Positions 11,126 through 22,181 of a DNA stretch of 33,560 bases are shown here, piece after piece. Numbering within the stretch: position 1 is the first letter of the stretch; each line of letters opens with the position of its first letter. The position numbers and the translations under genes are program-made. Source of the DNA: Proteromonas lacertae (taxonomy: Eukaryota). A model generated the notes under the pieces. The model worked only from the letters and a program-made list of their open reading frames with translations. It was not told the origin of the DNA and ran no database searches. The stretch is from positions 1 through 33,560 of the forward strand of contig NGBS01000341.1 of assembly GCA_002245135.1 (NCBI GenBank). The letters run 5' to 3'.

Positions 11126-12085
11126 TTAATTAAATAACTCAGAGTGGATAGTGCAATTACCGAAATATACATACTTTTTATTCTTTTCAAAGCCAATTTT
11201 ATTAGCAAATAAACTGACTAAACTGAAAGAACTACATCTTGTTAGAATTAGAGACTTGCATTTGCTGAGGATATAATAATCACTAATTGCTTCAATTGCA
11301 CATTGATTATTTTGTTTTAATAACCCGTATCCTGAATTACATCTGCTCGATTTAATATAATAAATCTTGTTAAATAATTCTTTGTATTTCATCTTTATAT
11401 TAAATGAATCAGAACTTATATACACACTACCATTTACTTGTATTTTCATTAAATATCTATATATTGCTATTATGTCTTTATATTTCAGATAGTGTAGTAA
11501 ATATTCTTTTCCATCTGCATTACCTGTTCTTATGTGTATACCATATTCTATTTTTTTAAATTCAATGTTTTTAATTTTAGATTGTATAATATTATTTAGT
11601 TTTAAAAATGTCGATGATATTTTATATGCAAATTCATTTATCATTAAATTAATGTTTTTATTATAGGTGATTAAGCCTTTTTCTATTAAATATTCTCTAG
11701 ATTTAACATTTTTAATAACATTCTGAATAGCATAAAAATGGCCATTAAATGTTATATTATAACTATAATTTCTTTTATCTAAAATAATAGGAAAATTAAA
11801 ATACCACCATAAGCAATCCCATCCAATTACTTTTAAAGAATGAGAAAAAGTATAACCATATGCAACACTACTAATTAAGCCAAGTAGTTTATTACCTAAT
11901 CCACAAGATAGGCAAGGAGCATATTTAATTATATTATAAAATAGATTATGATTTGAGAAATAAATATAATCATAGAATGTAGTAACATATGTACTATATT
12001 CTAGTTCACTTTTAAAATTGTATAGAATATATAAAAATAATGAAAATAATATTGCATATATGTAATATATATTAAAAATTCTCAT
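11126..12085 (-). CDS. Fucosyltransferase of the GT11/GT23/GT37/NodZ clan, type II membrane
   Basis: GLGNKLLG, YGIHIRTG (motif I), VYISSDS (motif II), DYYILSKCKSLILTRCSSFS (motif III); first ATG at 12085. Confidence 0.85.
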   Translation of the reverse strand: MRIFNIYYIYAILFSLFLYILYNFKSELEYSTYVTTFYDYIYFSNHNLFYNIIKYAPCLSCGLGNKLLGLISSVAYGYTFSHSLKVIGWDCLWWYFNFPIILDKRNYSYNITFNGHFYAIQNVIKNVKSREYLIEKGLITYNKNINLMINEFAYKISSTFLKLNNIIQSKIKNIEFKKIEYGIHIRTGNADGKEYLLHYLKYKDIIAIYRYLMKIQVNGSVYISSDSFNIKMKYKELFNKIYYIKSSRCNSGYGLLKQNNQCAIEAISDYYILSKCKSLILTRCSSFSLVSLFANKIGFEKNKKYVYFGNCTIHSELFN

Positions 12086-12303
12086 TTTCAACCAAATTAT
12101 TTATTAAAAGAACATAATATTTTAATATGTTTAATACTAGTGGAAATATAAATATTACTCTGAATAGTATTTAGCTATGCTTATGTCTTTAAAAGGGATC
12201 TAATCATTCTATGAGTGATCTAATAACTTTAGAAATCTTAATATACATACTTGGTAAGTTTATCAAATTATCTTTAGAATATTTTTTTAATCTAGAATTT
12301 ATT

Positions 12304-13156
12304 TTATTCACTAAATGGTTTTCCGTAGTCATTATAGAAATTTTTTTCTTTTTCTATTTTATCTTTTATTTTATTGCGATAAAATGGATCATAGAAACAC
12401 TCATTTCTTATTTTCATTTTTGGTATATTACATTGTTTGTATTCATGCTTGTATAACAGATTTTTAACATAGTTGTCAATAGTTTTATTCTTACTATTAA
12501 ATTCAATAACCCAATAATGAACTCTAACATTAAAGTCAAATGTATCTAAAACCATATACTCACCTCCTTCAACATCAAGAGAAAAAAAATCAATATGAGT
12601 TATTCCTGTACTATAGAATATGTCTTTTATATAACTACATGTTACATTTATCAATGGTTTTATAGTTTGGTTATTTCTATTCCAAAAAGGATTATTTTCT
12701 TTTAATCCACCCATTCCCCATACATCAAAAAACTCCACGCTCCTTGGAAAATAAGGGCATATTGCAGTGCAAAATATTTCAGATCTATTTCTTCCTCTAT
12801 TTCAAACCTTCAATTAATATACCTCTCCATCCTAACTCTTTTTCATAGAACAGTGTATTACTATACTTACCATCTAAAGCTCCTATTTCAACAAATATTC
12901 CGTTTGTAGTAATATGTGGTTTTGAAAAAAACAAATCATAATATATCTTATCTTCTTTACATTGAGAATAGAATTGATTTTTTGTGTTATTGCTTATATG
13001 TACAGGGCATTTCCATAGATTTTTGTATAATGATCCATAATTGATTATATTATTTTCTATCGCTTTATTTAATCTAATTGACAAGAATAAATAAGTTATA
13101 ATGATAATAGTAAATGAATTAATTAATGTATATATATGAATGTGTTTTTTAATCAT
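12304..13156 (-). pseudogene. FkbM/Methyltransf_21 methyltransferase, frameshifted at ~12800
   Basis: Anchor, then FYSQCKED...FVEIGALDGKYSNTLFYEKELGWRGILIEG. The second frame continues RGRNRSEIFCTAICP...HIDFFSLDVEGGEYMVLDTFDF...WVIE. Confidence 0.85.
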
Positions 13157-13229
13157 TAGGATTAATTGTTTATCGAAATATCGTGAATATATCATAGTAT
13201 AAGCAAATTCTGAGATGATTATCATTAAT

Positions 13230-13840
13230 GAACATTGTTGCTCGCCGTTAGTCATAGATGGGTAGTCGTACCTCCGATAAATTGGAGGAGTAAGGACTGG
13301 GTAATGTTGATAGTCGATAGCTTAGCCCTTGGAGATCTCAGGTAATGTCTTCTCCGAGGATTGCATGGCAGGGACTGTCATCTTTATCGATGAGCAATTG
13401 ACGGGAATCATGCTCTTCCAGGAATTCATTCAATGAAGGGAGTAGTTCAACTTTTCCTATTGAAATAACCCAAGTGCATACAATTCCTAAAATACTTACC
13501 CAGGAGAGTGATGAAGAGATCTATGAGTTCGATAATCCCTTTAACAATGAACCTGACGATGACATCTTGAGAGCAATGCACTTGAATCTTCCATTGATCC
13601 GGATTGCAGGCTTTGTAAGTGACCTCCAGAACTACTACCATCAAAGTGTAGCTAACAACATCAATTATTCTGAATCAAGTCCCAATAGCTTCATCCTCCT
13701 AGATGATCTTCATCGTCTATACGCAGAAGCCAAGTGGTTAGCAAGAGATTTAAAAGCTGATCTGATGGATGCTGAAGGTACCTTGGAGGAACGCGTTGTT
13801 TCAAAGTCCAAGGGTGGCAAGAAGCGAAGACTATAACTAG
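13230..13840 (+). mobile_element. GC-richer element fragment with ORF tail 13474-13836, unknown function
   Basis: Composition and codon usage resemble the 1240-2270 and family C segments; ends in NLS-like KSKGGKKRRL; no domain recognised. Confidence 0.35.
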
Positions 13841-14274
13841 CTTGATAATTCACTTGCTTTATCATCACTTTCTATCTTATTGGGTTTCTGTTATAATCTT
13901 TAATTTTAAACATTTGTGTAATTTTGTAGTTTATATGATTGTTTTAAAATTCTTATGCTATTATATACACTATATAGACACAGGACCTCCAATTTGTTTC
14001 TTACTATTAGGCTTATTGAGAGAGAAAAATCATATAAAAGAAAATTTAACACAAGCTCAGTCTTGAAGCTAAATAATGTGTATTTTTTATGAACTCCTAT
14101 CTTCTAAGCGTAACAGAAAATGAAAATGGCTATAAAAATGCACAATATACTACATAGAATAGAAAATATTAACTTTACCAATATCAGTAAAATATAGGCT
14201 TGAATGCCTGTATGTTCAATATTAATTTTGCATTTGTTTTAATTTCTTTATTATTTGAACTATATAGGCTTAAA

Positions 14275-14900
14275 TGAATGAAATTAGTTTTAGAGGTGAT
14301 ATAGTGGAAGTGCCTAGAAGCCATAATGGAAGACATTCTGAAGTTGATAGACGCAAATTAATGCTAAGTAGAAATGATCTCCGTTGGATAGTTTTGCAGA
14401 TGTTGGTGAAGAAGTATTTAAGCACAAATTCAAGAATTTAGATGAGTTATACTTTATTACATATGTTTATGCTAATCAAAGAAAAATTAAGTTAAACGTA
14501 AAATATTCAATACATACAAAGAAAAAGGTAACATTAAAATGTAGACACCCTAATTACAATTTTTGTGTATCAGCAATTTGCACAGCTGGTGTAATTACGC
14601 CAATATACCAGCAGCACAGCAATCACAATGTGAAATATATAGATGCTAATGGTGTAATTACAACGATGAATGATACTATATTACAAGATATAGAAAATTT
14701 AATTAAAAATAGTAGCATGACATCAAATAATATTATGAAATATATAAAGAGTAGATATAAAATTATGATGAAGTTATAAAAATTGTTCGTAATTCAATTT
14801 TAGCGACAGAATATGATACAATATTACATATTGTAAAAGAAGAGGGTATGTATTATACATAACTATTTCAAATAATATTATTATTTATTTGATGAATCAA
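14275..14900 (+). mobile_element. Mutator/MULE transposase N-terminal fragment
   Basis: KFKNLDELYFITYVYANQRKIKLNVKYS...VTLKCRHPNYNFCVSA...HSNH fits the MuDR WRKY/GCM1-type DNA-binding domain (second Cys reads Tyr); no DDE core follows. Confidence 0.6.
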
Positions 14901-15440
14901 TTGAAGACATAGTTTCTAAAAAATTATATGAATTATACTCAAAAATAAAGAATTGTAATAAAAGTTAAGTCAAATATCGAAACGAATATTTTTTAATTAG
15001 TTTTGTTTTTTGAAATTATAATCATATGATTACTCTATATTTTATGAGATTATACAGCATGATAGAGAAACAATATATGAAACAGAATTGCAGAATATAG
15101 TTTTAGAATGTATTTTATTGATATGACTGTTACTGTAAGTGAATTTTCTGGTAATGGTAATAATAGAAGTAGTGGTAATAGAATTAATTATAATTGTCTT
15201 ATTAATTCATTGCACCTTTCTTTTATTCAAATTAATGTATTGTTTTTCTTATTCACTTATTCTTTTCAGAGTGAATTTTTCAGCAATTGGAATAACCGAA
15301 ATAAATGGAGAAAGTGAAGAAGAAAAGAAAGAATTATCAAGAGAATTATTTAATATAGAAATTGATGAACTCAAAGGAAGTTATAGTTGCAAATTAAAAG
15401 TGTTAAAGTGTTGACATACTGGTTAGCAACATACTGGTTG

Positions 15441-15621
15441 CAAATGGCGCAAATATTCAAACTATTTATATTTACAAAAAAGAATACTTCAGAGGTTGGT
15501 CATATAACAAAGTAAGTATATAAGTAACAATTTTTCATCAAGACAAGTAAGAATATACATTTAGTTTGTTTTAAAAGTGTCTGGTAGACAAACGGCCAAC
15601 TATGACAAACAGCGCACAACA
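15441..15621 (+). repeat. Ginger-type terminal repeat, copy 2 (solo end)
   Basis: About 181 bp aligning to the reverse complement of 24633-24814; ends GACAAACGGCCAACTATGACAAACAGCGCACAACA. Confidence 0.9.
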
Positions 15622-15659
15622 GGGATCAATTTTATATAAGTATAATTATTTATACACGA

Positions 15660-15975
15660 TTGCATAAGACCGAGAGTTCATCTAGTTTCATTTATTACAC
15701 AGATCATCACCAACCAACTTAAGACCGAGGGTAAGAAGCTCCGAGTAAAGAAACATTAAAGCCATTGAGGATAAGATAGCTTATTAGCAACCATTGATCC
15801 TAACTACATTAACAATGAACCTTTAAGTACACCAGCGTAGCTAATAGACTTTAGAGCGTGATTAGTTTCATCACATAGGAAATACCTTCCATAAAGTCCC
15901 CTCAGGGAAGAAGACCTCGTAGGAACATTACGTAAATGGGACTATGGTACATTGTCACAGCGTTCTAACGAGTAT
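15660..15975 (+). repeat. Family C, copy C
   Basis: CACCAGCGTAGC...AGAGCGTGATTAG..TCATCAC...AGGGAAGAAGACCTCGTAGG...ACGTAAATGGGACTATGGTACATTGTCACAGCGTTC matches copies A and B. Confidence 0.75.
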
Positions 15976-16113
15976 TATAGGATATAGTAATTCATCTCAG
16001 TAAAAACATCCTTTAAATCTATTTCTAGAATCACTAAATTCTTTTTTATAATTTCTTCAATATCGAAGTTAGATAATTCACCTTCGCTGTTTTCATGTAT
16101 TAAAGAAATACTG

Positions 16114-17106
16114 TTAATAAATTATTGATCTTATTTGATTTTCTACTACTGTTTTTAATCTGGTTATGTATCTATTCTCATATATATATTTACATTTTAA
16201 ATATTTATTTATTTTCATTCTAGCATGCCTTACATATGCTTTACTAATTTCAACAAAACATATTCCACCTTTTTCTTCCCACACTTTGGGAAAGTGAGCT
16301 CCAATACTTATAATTTTATTAGGTCTAATAATCATTATTTCATATCCTTTATCAATTATACATCCCTTTTTATCAGTTAAAAATACACTTGAAAATGTGT
16401 TATTTACATAAAATATAACAGATTTAAATATATAAACATAGTTATTGCTATTATACTTGATTATTAGATTATTAATATTTTTAGTTTGTTGAGGTACAAT
16501 TATTTCATCAATGTCTGTTATTACTACGTACTCACTTACATATCTATAGTGATTGATGCAGTGATTTAATTTTGCATCTTGTCCATAATAATAGAAAGAA
16601 ATATTAGGTATTGAAAAATTTATTAATTCAATCCATTTTCTATTCATAAGCCAATTTATTTGTTTTATGTATGTAAAATTATAAAAGCTAAGGTATAATG
16701 TGATATGTTCAACTCCTAATCTTTTATAAATTAAACATGTTCTTAACAAATTATAGATATTAATACTTTTATATATACTAACTATACATAATGATAATTT
16801 CTTTTTATATGTATGAATTTTATTAATTGATATATTAAGATTATAAAAATTAGAAATACTTTTTGTAAAATTAAAATTTCTTTTAATTCTTTTATAGATG
16901 AACTTGTTATTATGTTCGTTTCTATAATATCCATACAGAATTATGCTTTTCAGCTGATTATCATAATTACACAATGGTATGAAACGATTTTCTATATTAT
17001 ATTTATTTGTTATTCTGCATATAAAATATGTAATTTTTAGATATTTATATATATAAACAGAATTTATGAAAATAATAATAATCAAACAAATTAGTATAAA
17101 GTATAT
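16114..17106 (-). CDS. GT92 (DUF23) glycosyltransferase; no in-frame ATG before the anchor, possibly a pseudogene
   Basis: LSLCIVSIY...YKRLGVEHITLY...GQDAKLNHCINHYRYVSEYVVITDIDEIIVP. The frame is open to a TAA at 17116-17118, with ATA at 17104-17106 where ATG would be expected. Confidence 0.8.
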   Translation of the reverse strand: MYFILICLIIIIFINSVYIYKYLKITYFICRITNKYNIENRFIPLCNYDNQLKSIILYGYYRNEHNNKFIYKRIKRNFNFTKSISNFYNLNISINKIHTYKKKLSLCIVSIYKSINIYNLLRTCLIYKRLGVEHITLYLSFYNFTYIKQINWLMNRKWIELINFSIPNISFYYYGQDAKLNHCINHYRYVSEYVVITDIDEIIVPQQTKNINNLIIKYNSNNYVYIFKSVIFYVNNTFSSVFLTDKKGCIIDKGYEIMIIRPNKIISIGAHFPKVWEEKGGICFVEISKAYVRHARMKINKYLKCKYIYENRYITRLKTVVENQIRSIIY

Positions 17107-17143
17107 ATTGTATGTTTATAATATTTATTTATGTTTATCAATT

Positions 17144-18156
17144 ATGATTACAAAAATAATTCTATTTCTTTGCTTAAATATATTTTATTGTATATATTAC
17201 ATACAACATCAAGATAAATCAAATATATTCATAATAATTGTTCCATCAGATATGTATTATTTTGATATGATATATAATTTCTATATTACTATCATTGTTA
17301 ATTATAATTTGTCAAAATATTTCATTGTTGTGGCATTAACACATAAAATGTATTTTAAATGCAAAATTAACTTAATACCAGTAGAAAAAATGGATACACT
17401 AATCAAAGAAGATAATAATTCATATAAAATAACATCTAAAAATTTTATAAAGAAAACTAGATTAAAGCATCCAATAATATATAAGTACTTAAAAAAATTC
17501 AAGTATGTATTATTTTTAGATGCTGATGTATATTTCTTTGTTAATCCACTTAATCTTTTTCATTATCTAAAACCAAGATATGATATACTAATGCCATGTG
17601 ATAACAAACAATGTAGTATTATAAATTATGGGTTTTTACTAATAAAAAAATCAAGTAATACACTTAAATATTTTAGAGAATTAATAAAAATGAAAGTAAA
17701 AGAAAATCATTTTCATGGAAAGATGGAGAGCAAGGAATTGCTAATGAGTATATAAAGACTATTTCATATATAAAAATACAAAAACTATCAATCAACATAT
17801 TTATGGATGGTTTGAATTTCTTTAAAGAAAATTCATTTTGTTATAATAACAGTGTATCTAAATTGATAGGATTTCATAATGATTTTACAATTGGTATACA
17901 TTCAAAAATATATAGATTAAAAGAGTTAGGTCTATATGATAAACATATTAATATAAAATATAACAAGCACAAATATATATATTATAATGGATCAACAAAT
18001 GTTAGTATATATAAAATAATTAATATCTTATCACAAATGATATTTATTTCGAATTATTTAAATCGAACATTTATTGAATTGTTTAATATAGAATGTTTTT
18101 TAAAATGTAAAATCAGATTCAAAGAAAATATATCATTTTATAATCATTCTTTTTAA
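17144..18156 (+). pseudogene. GT77-like nucleotide-diphospho-sugar transferase, frameshifted at ~17700
   Basis: Anchor; KTRLKHPII...VLFLDADVYFFVNP...DILMPCD...INYGFLLIK; shifted frame WKDGEQGIANE...FMDG...FHNDFTIGIHSKIYRLKELGLY. Confidence 0.85.
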
Positions 18157-18460
18157 AAATAATAATCCTTTATTGTTAATAAAATATGATCAATTATATA
18201 TATAAATTAAATAACTATACTTACTCACTAACAAGTAGTGACTGATTTTTTAAATACTTTCCTCTATAGAATAATGTTAATAAAATATATCTCATTATAA
18301 ATATTCTAATTTTACTATTCTATTTTTTAATACTTTAAATATTAAAATGAAAAATAATTATAGTTGCATAGTTAAGGATAATTTTTGGCAACGTAATTTT
18401 GATAAATGCAATTAATGAAAAAGTAATAAATTTGGTAAATATATTTTATTATGAAACATA

Positions 18461-19282
18461 ATGAAAATATTATTCTATTTAATTATATTTCTAATTTTAT
18501 GCATTTTAAATTTGATAAGATTTAAATATTCTAAAAATTGTGTTGTAACAACTGCATCATCATCAAATCATGAATACTCATTATTAAATCTAATTATTAC
18601 TTTCAATATTCACGTTAGAAATTGTTATTTAATAATATGGAATTTAGGTTTAACTAATAATATTTTGAAAATACTACACAATTATTCTAGATATAATAAC
18701 AACATCAAGTTGTATAATTTTAATTATAATTATTATCCTTCATATTTTGATATTAATAAAGAAGGAGGTAAGTATGCTTGGAAGGCAATAGTTATACATA
18801 CAACATATTATTTGTATAAACTGCCACTAATATGGTTGGATAGTGGATGTAATATATCTGGTTCTATTGAAGAAGTCTTTAATTATATTAAAAGGAATGA
18901 TATATGGTCAGAAAGGGGATTTCACAATTTGAAATCATTTACACACAAAGGAATGGTAAACTATTTTAACATGAGCAACAATATAATGAATAGAATGTCA
19001 TGTTCTGCTGCTACTATTGCTTTCATGTATCCATCACAATTAGCTAAAAATGTATTGAAAGAATGGAAGAAATGTTCATTAAATAGATTTTGTATAGCAC
19101 CTGATGGATCAAATATCCATAACCATAGATATGATCAAAGCGCATTTACAATAATCTCTTATATGTATGGAGTAAATAATTTATGTTTGAACAGAGGTAA
19201 AAACAATATATCTATTCATTATGAATATAATGTCAAATTCATAAGATATAAATTAAATCTAATAAACCACTTTAAAAGGTGA
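18461..19282 (+). CDS. DUF1647-family putative glycosyltransferase, type II membrane
   Basis: Intact 273 aa; VTTASSSNH, IIWNLGL, FNYNYYP, YAWKAIVI, IWLDSG, FTHKGM, CIAPDGS, HRYDQS. Confidence 0.85.
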   Translation: MKILFYLIIFLILCILNLIRFKYSKNCVVTTASSSNHEYSLLNLIITFNIHVRNCYLIIWNLGLTNNILKILHNYSRYNNNIKLYNFNYNYYPSYFDINKEGGKYAWKAIVIHTTYYLYKLPLIWLDSGCNISGSIEEVFNYIKRNDIWSERGFHNLKSFTHKGMVNYFNMSNNIMNRMSCSAATIAFMYPSQLAKNVLKEWKKCSLNRFCIAPDGSNIHNHRYDQSAFTIISYMYGVNNLCLNRGKNNISIHYEYNVKFIRYKLNLINHFKR

Positions 19283-19290
19283 TAATTTTT

Positions 19291-20463
19291 ATGTATATAA
19301 ATATTATTATAGTACTATCAGTATGTATAAGTATTTTATATTATAAGAAATACAATAGAATAAGTTTCACATCTATAAAAAAGAATGTAAGTCTAAAGGC
19401 TTTTATAAATACTTCTCATAAAATTAAAATAAGTAATAAAAGTAAATATTGTAGTTTTAATACAAGTAAATGTAAATCAGATAAAATAAAAGGTCTGATA
19501 GAAATTGAGGTAATAGATGAAAGAAAAATCATAGTTAATGCAAAGTATTTACATTATAAACAAACAGATATTACCAAAGTTAAGAAACCTTTAATAATAA
19601 GTTTAGCTTTTGGATATAGATGGAATAAACTAAGAGTATTTGTTACTTCATTAAGAAAATCAGGATATAAAGAATCATTAATTCTGTTTATAGATGCTAA
19701 TTATAAAGATTACAATTTATTTTACTATTTAAAGACATATAACGTTACTACATTATTAATAAACAATGAATGGCCATTTTATTCAGAATTAAATTTGCAA
19801 TATCCTATCAAAAAAGAAATATTGAATGAATGCTTGATTTCTAATAGAGATTATGGAAGATATAAATGGGTTGTTTATCGTATATCGCTTGTGTATTGTT
19901 TCATCAAGGAATATGGAAAATTATATTCACACATATTATATATGGATTGCAGAGATACATTGTTTCAATTTAATCCATTTTCATGGAATATTAAATCGCA
20001 CTTATACTTAGTTGAAGAAACAGATGGAAATTACTGTATCATGGATGATTACTTTAACGGAAGATGGGTTAATGTTTATACAAACGCAAGTCATGTATAT
20101 AATTGCAGAGCATTGAATTCAGGTATTGTATTAGGTAATTATGATAATTTTTTAAAATTTATGGAACGATATAATAACTATATGAAGGCAGAGTATAAAG
20201 TAACATCTGAACAAGGTACTTTAAACTATATGTTTTATACTCAAAATTGGACTGATTTGAATATATTAATAAACAAAAATGGTTATGGATTTTCATTAAA
20301 TTTAGGTATAGACTTAATATATCTTCATGATTTATCATTTATACCTTGTTCTGATATGTACGTACATAACAAAGATGATACTAAACCATGCATTGTTCAT
20401 CAATATGATAGGATGATAAACAAATATAAAGAATGGGAAAATTTTAGAACAATACTATATTAA
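19291..20463 (+). CDS. Putative GT-A glycosyltransferase (DxRDxxFQxxPF...HQYDR type)
   Basis: Intact; anchor, LAFGY...FVTSLRKSGY, YMDCRDTLFQFNPF, LNSGIVLG, EQGTLNY, IVHQYDR; first ATG at 19291. Confidence 0.8.
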   Translation: MYINIIIVLSVCISILYYKKYNRISFTSIKKNVSLKAFINTSHKIKISNKSKYCSFNTSKCKSDKIKGLIEIEVIDERKIIVNAKYLHYKQTDITKVKKPLIISLAFGYRWNKLRVFVTSLRKSGYKESLILFIDANYKDYNLFYYLKTYNVTTLLINNEWPFYSELNLQYPIKKEILNECLISNRDYGRYKWVVYRISLVYCFIKEYGKLYSHILYMDCRDTLFQFNPFSWNIKSHLYLVEETDGNYCIMDDYFNGRWVNVYTNASHVYNCRALNSGIVLGNYDNFLKFMERYNNYMKAEYKVTSEQGTLNYMFYTQNWTDLNILINKNGYGFSLNLGIDLIYLHDLSFIPCSDMYVHNKDDTKPCIVHQYDRMINKYKEWENFRTILY

Positions 20464-20681
20464 CATGATCTATTTCATAATTTAGAAGTAATAAATAATA
20501 AATAATCTTATCTTTCTTTCTCATTCATCTTCATTAATGAATTATTTAATTTAGAATATAATATGAATAATAACAATATATTCATTAAATATAAATATTC
20601 ATAATACAGATTGTTGCAAAAAGTATGGCATTTCATATAACACACATTTAAAGAGAATTTTAGATATATAATTTTTTATTA

Positions 20682-20805
20682 GGTCATATAACAGAGTAAG
20701 TATAAAAGTAACAATTTTTCATCAAGACAAGTAAGAGTATACATTTAGTTTGTTTTAAAAGTTTCTGGTAGGCAAACGGCCAACTATGACAAACGGCGCA
20801 CAACA
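20682..20805 (+). repeat. Ginger-type terminal repeat, copy 3 (solo end)
   Basis: GGTCATATAACAGAGTAAG...GGCAAACGGCCAACTATGACAAACGGCGCACAACA, near-identical to 15498-15621. Confidence 0.9.
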
Positions 20806-21138
20806 TATACTTTATAAATTATATTAGGACAATTTATGTCTATTGTAGAAGCAATTACATTCGCAGTTTCTTTAATTGTACATAAATAAAGAATTTCATT
20901 TAATAGTAGCTATATGTTATTAATGAAGTATAAAAATCGTAATTTTAATATAATTTTTTGAGAGTACATACTCTATAGAAAGTATAATTAAGTAATGCGA
21001 AATAATTCTTTTTTCTTTTTTATGGTTTATTAAGAATAAAATATAAGCCCAATATAATTTCAAAATATTAGCTTTTTATTCAGACATTAACATAAAGAAT
21101 AATAGAATTGTAAGTGTTTTTTTTCTCATAGTGAGAAT

Positions 21139-22166
21139 ATGATATGCAATAAATTACAATTTATAATATTATTATTTATAATAATTATTTTATTTTTGTA
21201 TAAAACTAATAATGAAATAACGGCTATTATAAGGATGTATAATGGAAAAAGAAAATCTGTTAATGTATATATTAGAGCTGGTTTAGGAAACAGGATAATG
21301 TCATTTGCAGGCATAATCTATCTTTCATTTTATTATGAATTTAGACCATTAAGTATCTTTATACTTATGTATGTTTAGTTTTAAATTGGAATGAATTTAA
21401 TTATTTCTATCATATGCCAAATTATAATATTACTACTGTAAATAATAAAACAGTAAAAAGAATCTATATTTGCCCTTTCAAAATATCCATGTTAGATAGT
21501 ATTAATGAAAGCAGTAGTATTTATTTCGATTATATATGGTGTGATATTTTGTATGAATTATTTAATAATGATGTTTTCATTAAAAACATAAAGAAATATT
21601 TTGTTTTATCTAGAAAAAAAGAAAAAGAAGATTATTTAAAGCAAGTATTTTATATTTATCATAAAATATTAAACGAAATGCTATTAACAAATTCCAATAT
21701 AAATAAAAAAGTAAGTAATTTTATGAAAAATTTCAAATTTCAGTCTTTTATAGGTGTACAAATTAGAAAAGGAAATGATGATTTACATGAAAAACAATTT
21801 CTCAATGATACAGATGTTAATTTAATGCTTAGCATGGCATTATTAAAAAAGAAATATAAAATAATATATTTAACAGGTGATTCTCAAAATCTTAAAAAAA
21901 ATATACAAAACAAGTATAGAAACATATTTTGCTATACTTCAAATATAACTAAGCATTATGCAAGAAACACAATGGATACAACAATTATTATAGAACATGA
22001 AATATTATCCAAATCCAAATCATTAATTATTTCAAAAAGTACATTCGGATTAACTGCACTTTTAAAATCAGGAATTCTTTTGAATCATGAAAATTATTTA
22101 TCATATGAGATTAAGAATGGTATTTCGTTTAATGTAAAATTCAAATTCAATGAATTCTTCAAATAA
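21139..22166 (+). CDS. Fucosyltransferase of the GT11/GT23/GT37/NodZ clan; two exons (21139-21352, 21379-22166)
   Basis: Anchor, GLGNRIMS, IGVQIRKG, IYLTGDS, EHEILSKSKSLIISKSTFG; splicing joins the two track ORFs in frame (RPL-ILNWNEF...HMP). Confidence 0.88.
21353..21378 (+). other. 26-nt GT-AG spliceosomal intron
   Basis: GTATCTTTATACTTATGTATGTTTAG. Removal restores the frame and places W exactly 24 residues after GLGN, as in paralog 11126-12085. Confidence 0.88.
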
Positions 22167-22181
22167 TATTAATATTTATAA

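Noticed and set aside
15409..15621. Solo LTR or MITE with TGTTG...CAACA termini
   Set aside because: The flanks (AAAG / GGGA) are not a TSD, and homology to copy 4 starts only at 15441.
20605..20635. Tc1-like terminus TA|CAGATTGTTGCAAAAAGTATGGCA
   Set aside because: No partner TIR or transposase nearby; resemblance only.
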